A stretch of 64,000 bases of DNA, taken from Selaginella moellendorffii. Lineage: Eukaryota > Plantae > Lycopodiophyta. A model generated the notes under the pieces. The model made no database searches. It worked only from the letters and a program-made list of their open reading frames with translations, and was not told the DNA's origin. Made by a program: the position numbers and the translations under genes. The stretch's first letter is position 1; every line of letters starts with the position of its first letter. Below, piece after piece: positions 35,355 to 47,008 of the stretch. The stretch covers positions 4,095,628 to 4,159,627 of the forward strand of contig NW_003314263.1 of assembly GCF_000143415.4 (NCBI RefSeq). Direction: 5' to 3'.

Positions 35355-37239
35355 TTAGTTCTGCTGCAGCAGGATATTTGTAAGCCGTAAGTGGAGTTCT
35401 ATCAGCTCCTCCTTGGAAAGATGGGCTAGAATCTTCTCAAAACCAAACACCAGAAGCAACATGAGGAGTGTGCAAGAAAATAACTTCGAATACCTGCGCC
35501 AGAAAGCTTTCTACAGTGTAGTTGTGCGAAGAAATGAAGGACTGGAGGTAAATGTACGAGAACACGGCCATAACCATCTGCGGTTCGCAAAGTATGAGCA
35601 AAACAACGGTTCACAAAATCTGAGGAAAAGTGACATGCCTGGCAGTCCATGCGGTCTGTCATTCCTCCATGCCCGGGAATGCTGTCTCCAAAGTCCTGTG
35701 CAACGGTAGTTAGCGTAAATGCTCACAAGCTGCATGCCAAGCTAAATCGTACCTTTATCTTGAATGCTCTTTTGAAGCCACTGGCAAAAAATCCACCGAA
35801 GGGGGCAATGCTCGAGGCAAACAATCCAAACACAAGTGCATGAATTTGCAAAGGCATCACCTCTACGTACTCCCGGCGTGTCTGCCAAAGAGAAATGTGA
35901 CTCTACAGCAAGGACAAGAATTCCCTTACCACAAAGGTTATCCAGGACGGAAGTTGATATTGAACATCCTTAAACACGGGATCCGGATCGCACTCCAGCC
36001 AACTCACTGTCAAATCCTACAAAGATATTTCCACCGTTGGCTTCAAATTAGAAATTGACTAAGGCCGTTTGGGCTACCTTCCGCGGGCAAATCAGCCATT
36101 GTGACCTTCCCATGATATCCGCCAGCTACAATTACAACAGTAAAATCTACTGCAAATATTCTCACTCGTGGTCTTACCAAAAAAGCAGATATTATAGTCG
36201 TGACAGAAGCACCAATAAAGCCCTCCCAAGTCTTCTTCGGCGACAGCTTTATAAGAGGCGTTCGTCCAAAAAAGAATCCAAACAAGTAGGCAGCAATATC
36301 GTTGATCACGATCAGCGAGACCGGGAGAAGAAACCTACGACATTGGACGTGAGAGACAGAGTAAAATAAAGTGAACTGACGCCGCACTGACCATATTATG
36401 CCTTCGAAAATATTTGCGACAGTGAAAGACGACTGCGCGAAAACGACGAACAGTATCATATGCGTCCAAGCAAACTCTCCAAACTGTTGCCGATACATCC
36501 GCTTCTTAAGGGTGAGGATAAACGAAACGAATCCTACAAGAAACAGTAGAACATCAGCTACACGCTTCAGAAAACAACAAACCTGTGATATAGATCAGAT
36601 AGCAGATCATCGTGTGATACTTGATGAGCCCGCTGAAGATCATGAGGAGAATCTTGTCGGATGAGATGGTATTCACAAACTGCTTTTTCAAGAACCTACC
36701 GTAGGCATATACCATGGCTGTGAAGAAAAAGTACCTGCACAAGATCAAGGTGTGGAAGCCTGATATACAAAGAAAAAAAAAATATACATACCAATTAAGC
36801 CTAATAAAGCCAGGCTGTCCATCTCGTTCCCTGTGAGAAGCTCTCGCGAGCGTGAAAAGCTCTTTGGCCATGAGCACCTGGATGACCACGATCATCAAGG
36901 CGATGAAGAGGTGGCCGAGATAGACGATGAGCGCAAAGCCACCGATCATGAGCACCGACGACTGGACTCGAGTCCTCATGCTCCGGTACTTGTTGCGATC
37001 GTCCACAAGAAGCTCCCCATTTGTTCTACCGAAATCCGCGCTCTGGCAATCGAGATTTCAATCGCATTCTTGGAAAATCTAGACCTAGAAGGAGTAGAGC
37101 TTACTCGCGATTCCTCGTGGCTGCGCTTGCGATGCCGCTGCCTCGCCACGGCAGCTTGCGTCGCGACGCTGGCGGTGGCGACGAGCGCCGCCGCAGCTGG
37201 CGATGGCAACGCCATGGCGTCCTCTCCGTCGGGCTGCAT
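35355..37239 (-). CDS. CDS: Phosphatidate cytidylyltransferase (CDP-DAG synthase), multi-exon
   Basis: [61 protein letters not shown]. Confidence 0.95.
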
Positions 37240-37434
37240 GCTTCCAGCCAAGAGCCCTAGCCCTAAACGCAAAGAATTAGAATGCTCGCTTTTCCAGGAG
37301 ATTCTAGAATATGCAATTAGAATTTTCGCGCCTTTTCTTCCAGGATTCGAAACGCGGATCTTTGAGCGTGTTTTAGGGCGGCCAAGAGAAAGAGGAGGAG
37401 CTATGTCGCTTGGCGAGGCGGCGCCGGTGGGAGA

Positions 37435-39807
37435 ATGGCCGGGACCGGCACATTCAAGGAGATAGTCGAAGGCGATGTCTACAAATTCTACGCCGATGGA
37501 CAGTGGCGGCTCTCCTCGTCCGGGAATATTTCATACGTCTACAATCCCACAGTGGCTGGGAAGCAAGCGTACAAGATCACAGGTGCTGGAATGTAGCTAT
37601 AGCATCCATTCTAGAGATTGGTAGCAGCATTGCAGCTATAGCATCCATTCTAGCCGATAAGCATTGCATGGTTCGTGCAAGAGATTGTTAACCGATAGAA
37701 GCATTGCATGGTTCGGGTACCAGAATGTAGCTATATCATCCATTCTAGAGATTGGTCTCATAGAAGCATGGTTCGGGTACTAGAATGTAGCTATATAGCA
37801 TTCTTTGCTGCTTACACTCGATCTTTTCTTAGTTTTCTCTGAACATGAGCTGATTTTTTTCTTCTTCTTCTTCTTCTTGTCCCTGTAGCTTGTTCTAAGG
37901 ATGAGGTGAACCAAGCTTTCCAAAGTGCGAAGGCGGCACAGAAGATATGGGCCAAGACTCCGCTCTACAAGCGAGCCGAAATGCTCCACAAGGTGGCAGA
38001 GATCATGAGAAAGAACAAGGGACCGATCGCCGAGTGTCTGGTGAAAGAAGTGGCCAAGCCAGCCAAGGATTCCGTCACCGAGGTCTCATAAAAAAAACGT
38101 TGATCCTGCAAAGTAAGCAGCATTTCCAGACTCGTTTGATTGGGCTTTTCAGGTTGTTCGCTCCGCAGATTTGCTGTCCTATACTGCGGAAGAAGGAATC
38201 AGGATACTCTCCGAGGGAAAGTTTCTCGTCTCGGATTCTTTTCCCGGGAATCCAAGGAACAAGCTGTGCCTTGCTTCAAACGTTGGTCTTTGCTCTTTCT
38301 TTCCTATGAGTTACAGTAGTTTGATTTAACTTCTTTCGCAGGCCCCTCTTGGAGTCATTCTGGCGATTCCTCCATTCAATTATCCCGTGAACTTGACTTG
38401 CTCGAAGATCGGTCCCGCTCTCATTGCTGGAAATGCTGTAGTGGTCAAGCCACCGACGCAGGGCTCGGTGTCAACGTTACACATGATGCATTGCTTTCAC
38501 CTGGCAGGATTTCCAAAGGGGCTACTTTCGTGTGTTCCGATCAAAGCATCAGAGCTTGGCGATTATGTTACCACCCATCCTCTAGTAAACTGCATCAGGT
38601 AAGAAATGTTTCTGTAGGCTGGTTTCTCTTATAGAAGTATTTGGTTATTGGTTTCAATGTGCAGTTTTACGGGTGGCTGTGACACTGGTATGTCGATATC
38701 AAAGAAGGCTGGAATGGTGCCGCTGCAAATGGAGCTTGGTGGGAAGGATGCTATGATTGTTCTTGAGGATGGCGACATTGAACTGGCAGCGACGAACATT
38801 ATAAAAGGAGGCTTTTCCTTCAGGTGCATACTTTTGTATTTTGTCCCTCAATTTGGTCTGAAAATGCTCGTTCTTGCAGTGGGCAGCGCTGTACGGCAGT
38901 TAAAGTCGTGCTGGTGATGGAATCCGTAGCAGACAAGCTGGTTTCCAGCGTGAATGCAAAGGTGGCACAGCTGAAAGTTGGGCCTCCTGAGAACGACTGT
39001 GATATTGTCCCGGTTGTGACTGAAGCGTCGGCAAATTTTATCGAAGGCCTGGTCACGGATGCAAAAGCCAAGAATGCGAAGCTTTGCCAAGCAAGTCGAT
39101 CATAACTTCCTTTTGGATGATTCAGCTTGAAAAGAATTTTCACGACAGGAATGGAAGAGGCAAGGGAACCTGATATGGCCATTGCTGATCGATAACGTAA
39201 CAACGGACATGAGAATCGCGTGGGAGGAGCCTTTTGGCCCCGTGATACCGGTCATGCGCATCAAGACTCCAGAAGAAGGCGTCAAGCACTGCAACTCTAG
39301 CAAATATGGACTCCAAGTAAGCTCATATTCCCGATGGAAGCCAAAAGAAGCTTACGTGCTTTCGTTTTCCCGTGACAGGGCTGTGTTTTCACATCCGATA
39401 TCAACAAAGCTATGCTCCTGAGCGATGCCATGGAAAGCGGAACGATCCAAATAAATTCCGCTCCGGCTCGTGGTCCCGATCACTTCCCTTTCCAGGTCGA
39501 GCTATAATTCGAAAAGCAATGCATTGTAACTATAGTTTTCTGGATGTTTCGCAGGGAATCCGTGAGAGCGGCGTGGGATCACAAGGGGTCACGAACAGCA
39601 TCAACTTGATGACCAAGATCAAGACCACAGTTCTCAATCTTCCGACCGCTTCTTACACGATGGGTACGAACAAACTTCCATTCTCATCTCTTCTCTCATT
39701 CCTTCTTTCGCTTGTTCTTGGCAGTGGGAGGCGACGTGTCTTTGCCGATCGAGAAAAAAGGACCAGCGTGTGGTGATTGTATCGTGTGCATGCATAGCTA
39801 TGGATGA
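37435..39807 (+). CDS. GAPN: Non-phosphorylating NADP-glyceraldehyde-3-phosphate dehydrogenase (ALDH11A); 3' end 39807 if last intron is spliced, 39776 if not
   Basis: [77 protein letters not shown]. Confidence 0.95.
37585..37806. repeat. Interleaved short tandem duplications in GAPN intron 1
   Basis: gaatgtagctata..ca(tcc)attct x3 and aagcattgcatggttcg-type units x3. Confidence 0.8.
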
Positions 39808-39937
39808 AAATGCCGAAAAAATGCTATCGAATATGCTAGAGAATATTTTTAAGCAACATTCTTGGCATTATTCCTAATCAAAGTTTAGGGTTTTTGAGAG
39901 GATCCGGGCTAGGGCGAAGGAGAGCGAGCAAGCAAGA

Positions 39938-40702
39938 ATGTCGAGGCGCTATGACAGTCGCACCACGATCTTCTCGCCCGAGGGGCGGCTTTACCAGGTA
40001 GAGTACGCCATGGAGGCGATCAGCAACGCGGGCGCTGCGATTGGGGTTTTGGCTCGCGACGGCGTCGTCCTGGCGGCGGAGAAGCGCGTCACATCGAAGC
40101 TCCTCGCCGCGTCGCGATCCACAGAGAAGATGTACAAGATCGATGGGCACGTCGCGGCGGCGGTGGCAGGGATCATGGCCGACGCCAACATCCTCATCAA
40201 CACCGCCCGAGTCGCCGCCCAGGGCTACACGCTCTCGTACCAGGAGCCCATGCCCGTGGAGCAGCTCGTGCGATCGCTGTGCGATACCAAGCAAGGCTAC
40301 ACGCAGTTTGGCGGCCTCCGCCCATTCGGGGTGTCGTTCATCTTCGCCGGCTACGACTCGAGCTATGGCTTCCAGCTCTACATGAGCGATCCCAGCGGCA
40401 ACTATGGCGGATGGAAGGCGGGGGCGATCGGGGCGAACAACCAGGCCGCGCAGTCGATGCTCAAGCAGGACTACAAGGATGAGATCACGAGGGAGGAGGC
40501 GGTGGCTCTGGCGCTCAAGGTTTTGAGCAAGACGATGGATAGCACCAGCCTCTCGGCGGAGAAGCTGGAGCTGGCGGAGCTGTATGTGGTGCCCGAGAGC
40601 GGGGCGGTCAAGTACGAGGTTTGCTCGGCTGCCAATCTCAACAAGCTGCTCGTCAAGCACGGGATCACGGTCGCGTCCTCGTCTGGTGCTGATGAATCGT
40701 GA
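39938..40702 (+). CDS. PAC1: 20S proteasome subunit alpha-3 (alpha type-4), intronless
   Basis: [49 protein letters not shown]. Confidence 0.97.
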   Translation: MSRRYDSRTTIFSPEGRLYQVEYAMEAISNAGAAIGVLARDGVVLAAEKRVTSKLLAASRSTEKMYKIDGHVAAAVAGIMADANILINTARVAAQGYTLSYQEPMPVEQLVRSLCDTKQGYTQFGGLRPFGVSFIFAGYDSSYGFQLYMSDPSGNYGGWKAGAIGANNQAAQSMLKQDYKDEITREEAVALALKVLSKTMDSTSLSAEKLELAELYVVPESGAVKYEVCSAANLNKLLVKHGITVASSSGADES

Positions 40703-43646
40703 TTGCTTAGTGCTTTGTGACACACATTCACCCTATATTACCACGATTGCCCAAAGCCTTTTCAAGGTGGATGATGTGTGCTTTAAGAAATGAGAGCTGG
40801 GAGTATATTCTAAGCATAATTAAATTCAGGCTCAGCGGTTTAGAAAGAGGTTTAATATAAAACCTCTTTATGGTGTTGATTGTAAAAACAAAGGGATCTT
40901 GAGGAAAGTTTAATTCTAAGTGATGTGTATTTTGATAAAGTTACATAAATTTGAGTGAAAATTGGGTGGGGCAAATAAACTCTAACTTAGTCATGTTAAG
41001 CAATAACCTAAATGGATTGGAAATTGCTTTTTACACATTTTGAATGGAATTTTATATTTGATAGCATTAGTGTATGTGTGGGATAAAAACTCTTGTTTCT
41101 TTAAATTGTCCCATCACATTTCACAATCTAAAATATTTAGTAGCACCATTTTTCAGGATGAGACATGTGCTGTTGCATAGTTTTACTGATGGAGACATGA
41201 ATAAATTAATTATGTATGAGGTAATAAAATGGAGTTAAAGGGTAAAGATGGTAAATTTTAAAAAATTTCACCATTTCTAACTTGGAGAAGTTAATCAGCC
41301 CATGATTTACATTTTGATTGTTCTAGCAATTGAATAAGATTATACAATAAGATTATACATATTAATATTTTGATTGCTCTTGTAATTAAGGAAGACAATC
41401 AATTCTTCTTCAAGAATAACAAAGTTGGCATATATTAACATTTCAATTTGTATGAACTTTAGTATAAACCTTGTAATATGAAAGTGCAACTTTATTCAAC
41501 ACTTCAAAAGAATAGACTATGTTGCCTTTCAAAGTCGAAGGGATGGTCTACACTATAGTATGTTAACTAATAATAGTATGATTGACATAGTCACCTCAAC
41601 AAAGCTATTGAGTTTTGAAAAGTATATAAGCCATGTGATTTATGGGGTACAATCACTTTTGCAGTTCTTCTTTGGATTACTTGCTCATTATGTAATAGCT
41701 TTGAGTGGAAATCAAAACTTGCCTTTGATAAAATGGAAAATGCTACACCCATGAATTTTAACTAGACACAAGTAGTAGAGGTTTAGGTTTAAGGCACTAA
41801 TAAATAGGACACTAAATTTATTAGTGTGAAGAGCATAATGATTTGTCTTTAAATGTATATTCTAATATACTACTTAGAATACATAGCAATGAAATACTTG
41901 TTTAAATTAAGGCATTAGACATAATGATGTCATCATTTCCCACTGTTGGCTGTGTCGAGAGAAGAGTGGGACAACATTCTGTAAGATCTTTCAGAAATGG
42001 CTGTATTCAGGGTTTTAAGAATGCCTAAATTTCTCAAGCCTATCTAGCCAATTTTCTTACCTTGAAATGTTGAAAAACCCACTACCCCCACAATGGAATC
42101 ACAGTCCCACAAAGGGGAGGAAAATTGTTTAGGTCTAAAAGAACAATGTCACTTTTTGCTGAGATGGCTTAATCTTATTGGCTCCACCTCTCCTTCCCCA
42201 CTAGATATGACCCAAGGATCCCATAGGATAACAATTCAGAAATGTATGCAAGTTTCCCTTGAGAAGTTCAACAAATGACTCTTTAAGAGGATAGTTTCTG
42301 GAGTCACAAAGAATACTGTGCTTGAGAACGTGTGGTTGATAGAAACCAAAAGACAAGGGAAAGAATGAGGTGAGAAGGATAGTGCTTATGCTAAACATGA
42401 TTTCAAAAACCTTGTTAAAAAAACTAAAAAAGTAAGGAACTAAAAAAGTACAAAGCTAAACTCAAGCAAAACTCTCGCATTACTCATTAATCCCTCCACC
42501 TCCTTTGCAAAGTTAGAGCCATTATGCCCTAAGGAATGCAAGACTCCTCCTAAGGCACTCCTCCACTCAATTGCCAGAGACACCAAGTGGTTTTCCAATT
42601 GACTATCTTCTCCAAAGCCACATCATGGTGAACTTCACCTATCTTGGAGTGTCCTATCTTGGGGTGTGACCGTCCTCCAACTTAACCCGTTGGAGTGTGC
42701 ATTCTACTCGTGAAAATGCACTAGACCACTTCCATATGACCAATAAAGCACAGCAGTGGATTTGTACTCAGAAATAAACACTTCCCTATCTTTGACGCTG
42801 GCACAGGGACAGAGAGCTACACTAGCGACGTGGAGGAAGCCGATCTTTCCAGGGCTCACCAGCGACACTCCTCGCCCTGGAACTCGTCCACACTGGACAC
42901 TCGTGGCAGTGCACTGGAGCCTGTATCAGCTCTCCAGGAAGTTCTAGCCGCTTGAGAAGCGCTGCAAGCTTCATCCTCCACACGGAAAGAGATGCTTCAA
43001 ACCCGTCGCCCGGGGATGGAAGCAGGGAAGCGCCTGAGGGAGCAAAGTCATTGTCTTGAATCCTGCTGCTCCACGCCTTTGCAACAACAAGATAGGATCA
43101 CACTGGAGGATACTTCTTCAAGCATTCAAGCAGCAACTTCATGATCATCGTTGTCATCATCTTCCATAGATGTCCTTCATGGAGGAATCCTGGATCATCT
43201 GCGCGAGCTTGCCAGGGCCTCTACATCTTCCGCAACGCGGAATTACAGCCCTGGAATAGTGATCTCTGGCGCAAGATCCTCGAAATCAGCAGTTGCTCAG
43301 TGACGTCACTGCCAGAATCACCCCGACACCGAGACGTGAAGATTCAAGATTTCACCTCGTCGGCGGTGGTGGCTTGCGAGTTCCAGCTCGAATGTGGCCA
43401 AGCTGCCATCCCGGATCAACGCAGTGATCCGCCCCAAGCAATGCAAGAAAATCCAAGAAGAATCTGCCAGATCCTCGTCGCGTGCGTAGAAGAGGTCGAG
43501 TTACAAAATAGGTTTATCCTCGATTCTAACCGAGCCGGAGCGTCGCCTTCTTCCTATTAGAATCGGGGAAATGGAGGATGTCTTAAATTTTCTCTTCTTT
43601 CTTCTTGTTTCCTTCGCACAAAACTAGCAAAAACTTCAATATGTAA

Positions 43647-43900
43647 GTTGTCATCATGCGTGTCATTGATCCAGAAAGAGATCAAGGAGAGCATTGCTTG
43701 CTCATCAACCATAGTACGTTCCTTGAATGTGAAGTTGTCTTGCTGGTTTCATCGAGGTAAGTTTTCCATATTTGTTCTAGGAGATACTCTTGTTTGTTCT
43801 CTTTATAGCCAGAGGAAAGTCTGGAGGAGGCTACGTGAAACTCGAGAGGAAACTGGCGTTGAAACTGGCAGCATCGTCTATCACAGCTGGCCAGGCAACG
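43647..43900 (+). pseudogene. NUDT19/NudC-like Nudix hydrolase gene fragment with retained intron
   Basis: VVIMRVIDPERD..RALLAHQP*YVP*M*SCLAGFIE | intron 43757-43808 | PEESLEEA(frameshift)RETREETGVETGSIVYHS. Confidence 0.8.
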
Positions 43901-45600
43901 GAGTAAGCAACTGGTGAGAATTGTAGCCACCCGCTGCTTGCTTGAGTTTGGAGAGCCGACCATCGTTAATTTGAAGGTCCCTTTGGACTTCCAATTTGGA
44001 GTTGGAACTAGCCATGTACACAATAAAATAGGAGCACCGATACTTAGCATAATTTGAATTCCATTTCAAGAGTGGGATTTGAACCCACGCCCTGGCATTT
44101 AATAGGAAAACAAAATCATGCTTGAAACATCTCATACAGTTACTTGCAGAAGACCACTTGGCAATTGCTACCATGCATACTTTAGAAGTATATAGGGCCT
44201 CTGGCCTCTAGCAATTAATCAGCAAAATTATAAAGCTTATTACTATAGTCATGAAGGCTATTTTAGAGTTGCTTGTGTTTGGAGCTCATAGAGATTTCAG
44301 CAGTGATAGAGCCAGCATCCAGATCTTTGATTGTGACTCTTTCAGACATGGATGACTGTGGAGGAAGGAGGTGATGGAGAAGGCAAGCACAAAAGGAACA
44401 GCAATAATAACATAAACATAAATAACCATATACTTTTGCAGGGTACGAGTTTGGACGAACCATGGGGATGATCATGGAAAACGTTGACATTACAGATGTT
44501 TCGATCCTCCCCACCTTGTAGATTGCATCATAGAATCCCATTGACCCGCGGCTGGCCAGAGCTCTGTTCCTCCAGATATGCTTTTTAATCCCACTGCCAT
44601 TGATCACAAGGATTCTGAAACGCCTTTTCTCCTTCATACAACGCCAAGAAGCCCACTTTCCTTCACACTAATCTCGAATGACGAACTCCCACGTTTTGCC
44701 GGCTATTGTGTTTTTGCGTTCGCATTTTTGCTCTTGTGGCTTGGGCCAGCAACTTCAATCTTCACATATTTTCGGGCATGGAGGCTGTTGGATCCAGCGC
44801 AGTGGACGGAAGTAAGGCGTAATGCGTGAATGCCATCATGGCTTGATCTTGGGGAGAATGGTGGAAGACCATAACAATTTACTCACCTCCTGGATGGGAA
44901 TAGACGAGAAAAGAATGGTCGATCACAGAAAGAACTTCACTCAAATCCTGTTTTAACCATTTAGCCATAGACGACAGAGGGCTTTGTAGAATCCCAAGTA
45001 TGAAAAATACTTCAGAAGGATACATTCCTTGATGGTAACTGATGAAGTGACTTTCTGTTTTGGTAGGTGGCTTTGTAGAAATATTTCACCAGGATTGACT
45101 CTTGGTTTTAGAGTTTCCATGCTTTCTTCGGGTGTTTGGAAAGTTTCAAACGTTTGTTACATTTCGTTCACCCAACCATGGTAAGGTACGTGGTTCATTC
45201 CAATTGAGCTGTCTCATGCATGCCGCGGATTTGTCGCCTCAAGATTTCTTATTGTCTGTGCATGACCACTTTGGGGGAATGAGGATGACTAGGAAACAAT
45301 TCAATGCAGTGTCGATAGTTATCCGTCCCTATGGTTGACCATGTACGAAAGTACAGTTGTCTTATTCCGTACGCGACGGGCGCGAATCGGCGCGAATCTA
45401 GTGGCACTGAAAGCCATGGTAGTGTTAATGGGCGGCTGCGATGGGCTCGCGTCAATGGGAATTGTCGTGGACGGCCCCGATTTGTTTGAGTGCTGGCCTG
45501 AATAAACACGATCTAGGAGCAATTGCTTCGGTCTCTTCTCAAGAAAAATCTCTTAGAAGTTGCTCTCTTGTCCTTCATTTTCGACTTGTTTTGCTAGATC

Positions 45601-47008
45601 ATGCCTCGCGTCAATCCTTTTCGATCGGTCACGGTAGCAGCTGAAACTGCCGCCCCGCTGCAGACGCAACCCAGTCGCCGCTCCTCTCCAACCGGTGTTT
45701 TGCTCTCGCCCTGTTCGTCGATGGAGCTTCTGGCTGTGCAAGTTCTTGCAATGGGATTCCGGTGTCAAGATACCACTGTCAAGGGCACGCGCTGCCGGCG
45801 TTCGACATCACGCAAAGCTAGAAGCTCTCCTTGGCCGTCACACCATCTTCTTTCAGCTCGAGCTCAAAAAGTTCTGGAAGTCCCTCCAGTTGATCCTCGG
45901 CTCCTGGCAGCTATGGATGGAGCTGAGCATGATCCAGTGCTAGCCCCTCCAGCAGCTCCTTCTCGTGCTCATGCAGCCGCATTTATATTGCCCCCGGTAG
46001 CTCCAGCAGTGGTGAGGGCGCCAAGAACAAAGCGACGTCGTCTAGCACCGCTCTCGTCAGCGATGGCAACAGTGGAGTCGCAAAGCTCTCCCTCTTCATC
46101 ACTGGCTGCTGAATCCGAGAATAAAGAAGATGGCAGTGAGGAACCGGCAAGCTTTTGGTCTTCCACCGATGGCAATGGTGAGCGGGCTGCTGATGATCAT
46201 CGGGTAATCAAAGAGGAGAAGAAGCCCTTCTCCATGGCCACTTGGGCCACTCCGGGGATGCGCACTACGTCCTCTTCTTCGAGAAGGAAGAGGTCCAGCT
46301 CGAGCTCTGCGACTGAGAGAACTACCACGATCAAGCCTTCGTCTCAGAGCTCGAGCTCTAAGTGTTCTAAGAAGAAGACCGCAGTTGCTCCGAAGGGATT
46401 GGAAGAGGAAGCGAGCAAAAGGAAAAGAACCCCGCCAAAGTCCGCTAGGAGATACACTGCAAAGTCGTCCAGCTACGTTGGAGTCTCGTTCTACAAGCGA
46501 GTCGAGCGGTGGGAGGCACACATTTGGTGAGTATGTTCTTCTTCGTTTTCTCGTTTTCTCAAAGAGTAGTGAGTTCGTAAACAATCTAACCATCAGGGCT
46601 GTCGACAAGAACAAACAGATATACATCGGGTCATCCAGCACCCCGGAAGCCGCAGCCAGGTTTGTTTCCTTTCTTTTCTAGAAAGATTTTTGATAAAATG
46701 TTTAATCACAGGATCTATGACCGAGCTTACATCAAGTTCCGGGGTGAAAACTGTCCAAACTTCCCCTACTCGGACTACGTGCACGAGATGCCCCAGGTAC
46801 GATCATACTAACGTTTAGAGTACCGAAGTTCTTCTGGAAAGCATCTGAATTGTTTGGCTTTTCTATGCAGTGGATCAATCTGCCCGGGCAGGACTTTATC
46901 AAGATGCTACGTAACATGAGTCGCGGCGATTCGTTGCTCTGGCTTACACCTGAGCATCTGGTCAGGACCAGGACAGCCTCGAAAAGGAGTTCAAAGTACA
47001 AGAACTAG
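45601..47008 (+). CDS. Divergent AP2-subfamily factor with a single AP2 repeat; exons 45601-46526, 46597-46659, 46712-46796, 46871-47008
   Basis: SSSYVGVSFYKRVERWEAHIW|AVDKNKQIYIGSSSTPEAAAR|IYDRAYIKFRGENCPNFPYSDYVHEMPQ|WINLPGQDFIKMLRNMSRG..RSSKYKN-stop. Confidence 0.85.

Noticed and set aside
40800-42750. AT-rich tracts (also 48100-49300 and 56350-56900) as specific transposons
   Set aside because: Probably old TE debris, but no termini or recognisable domains could be supported
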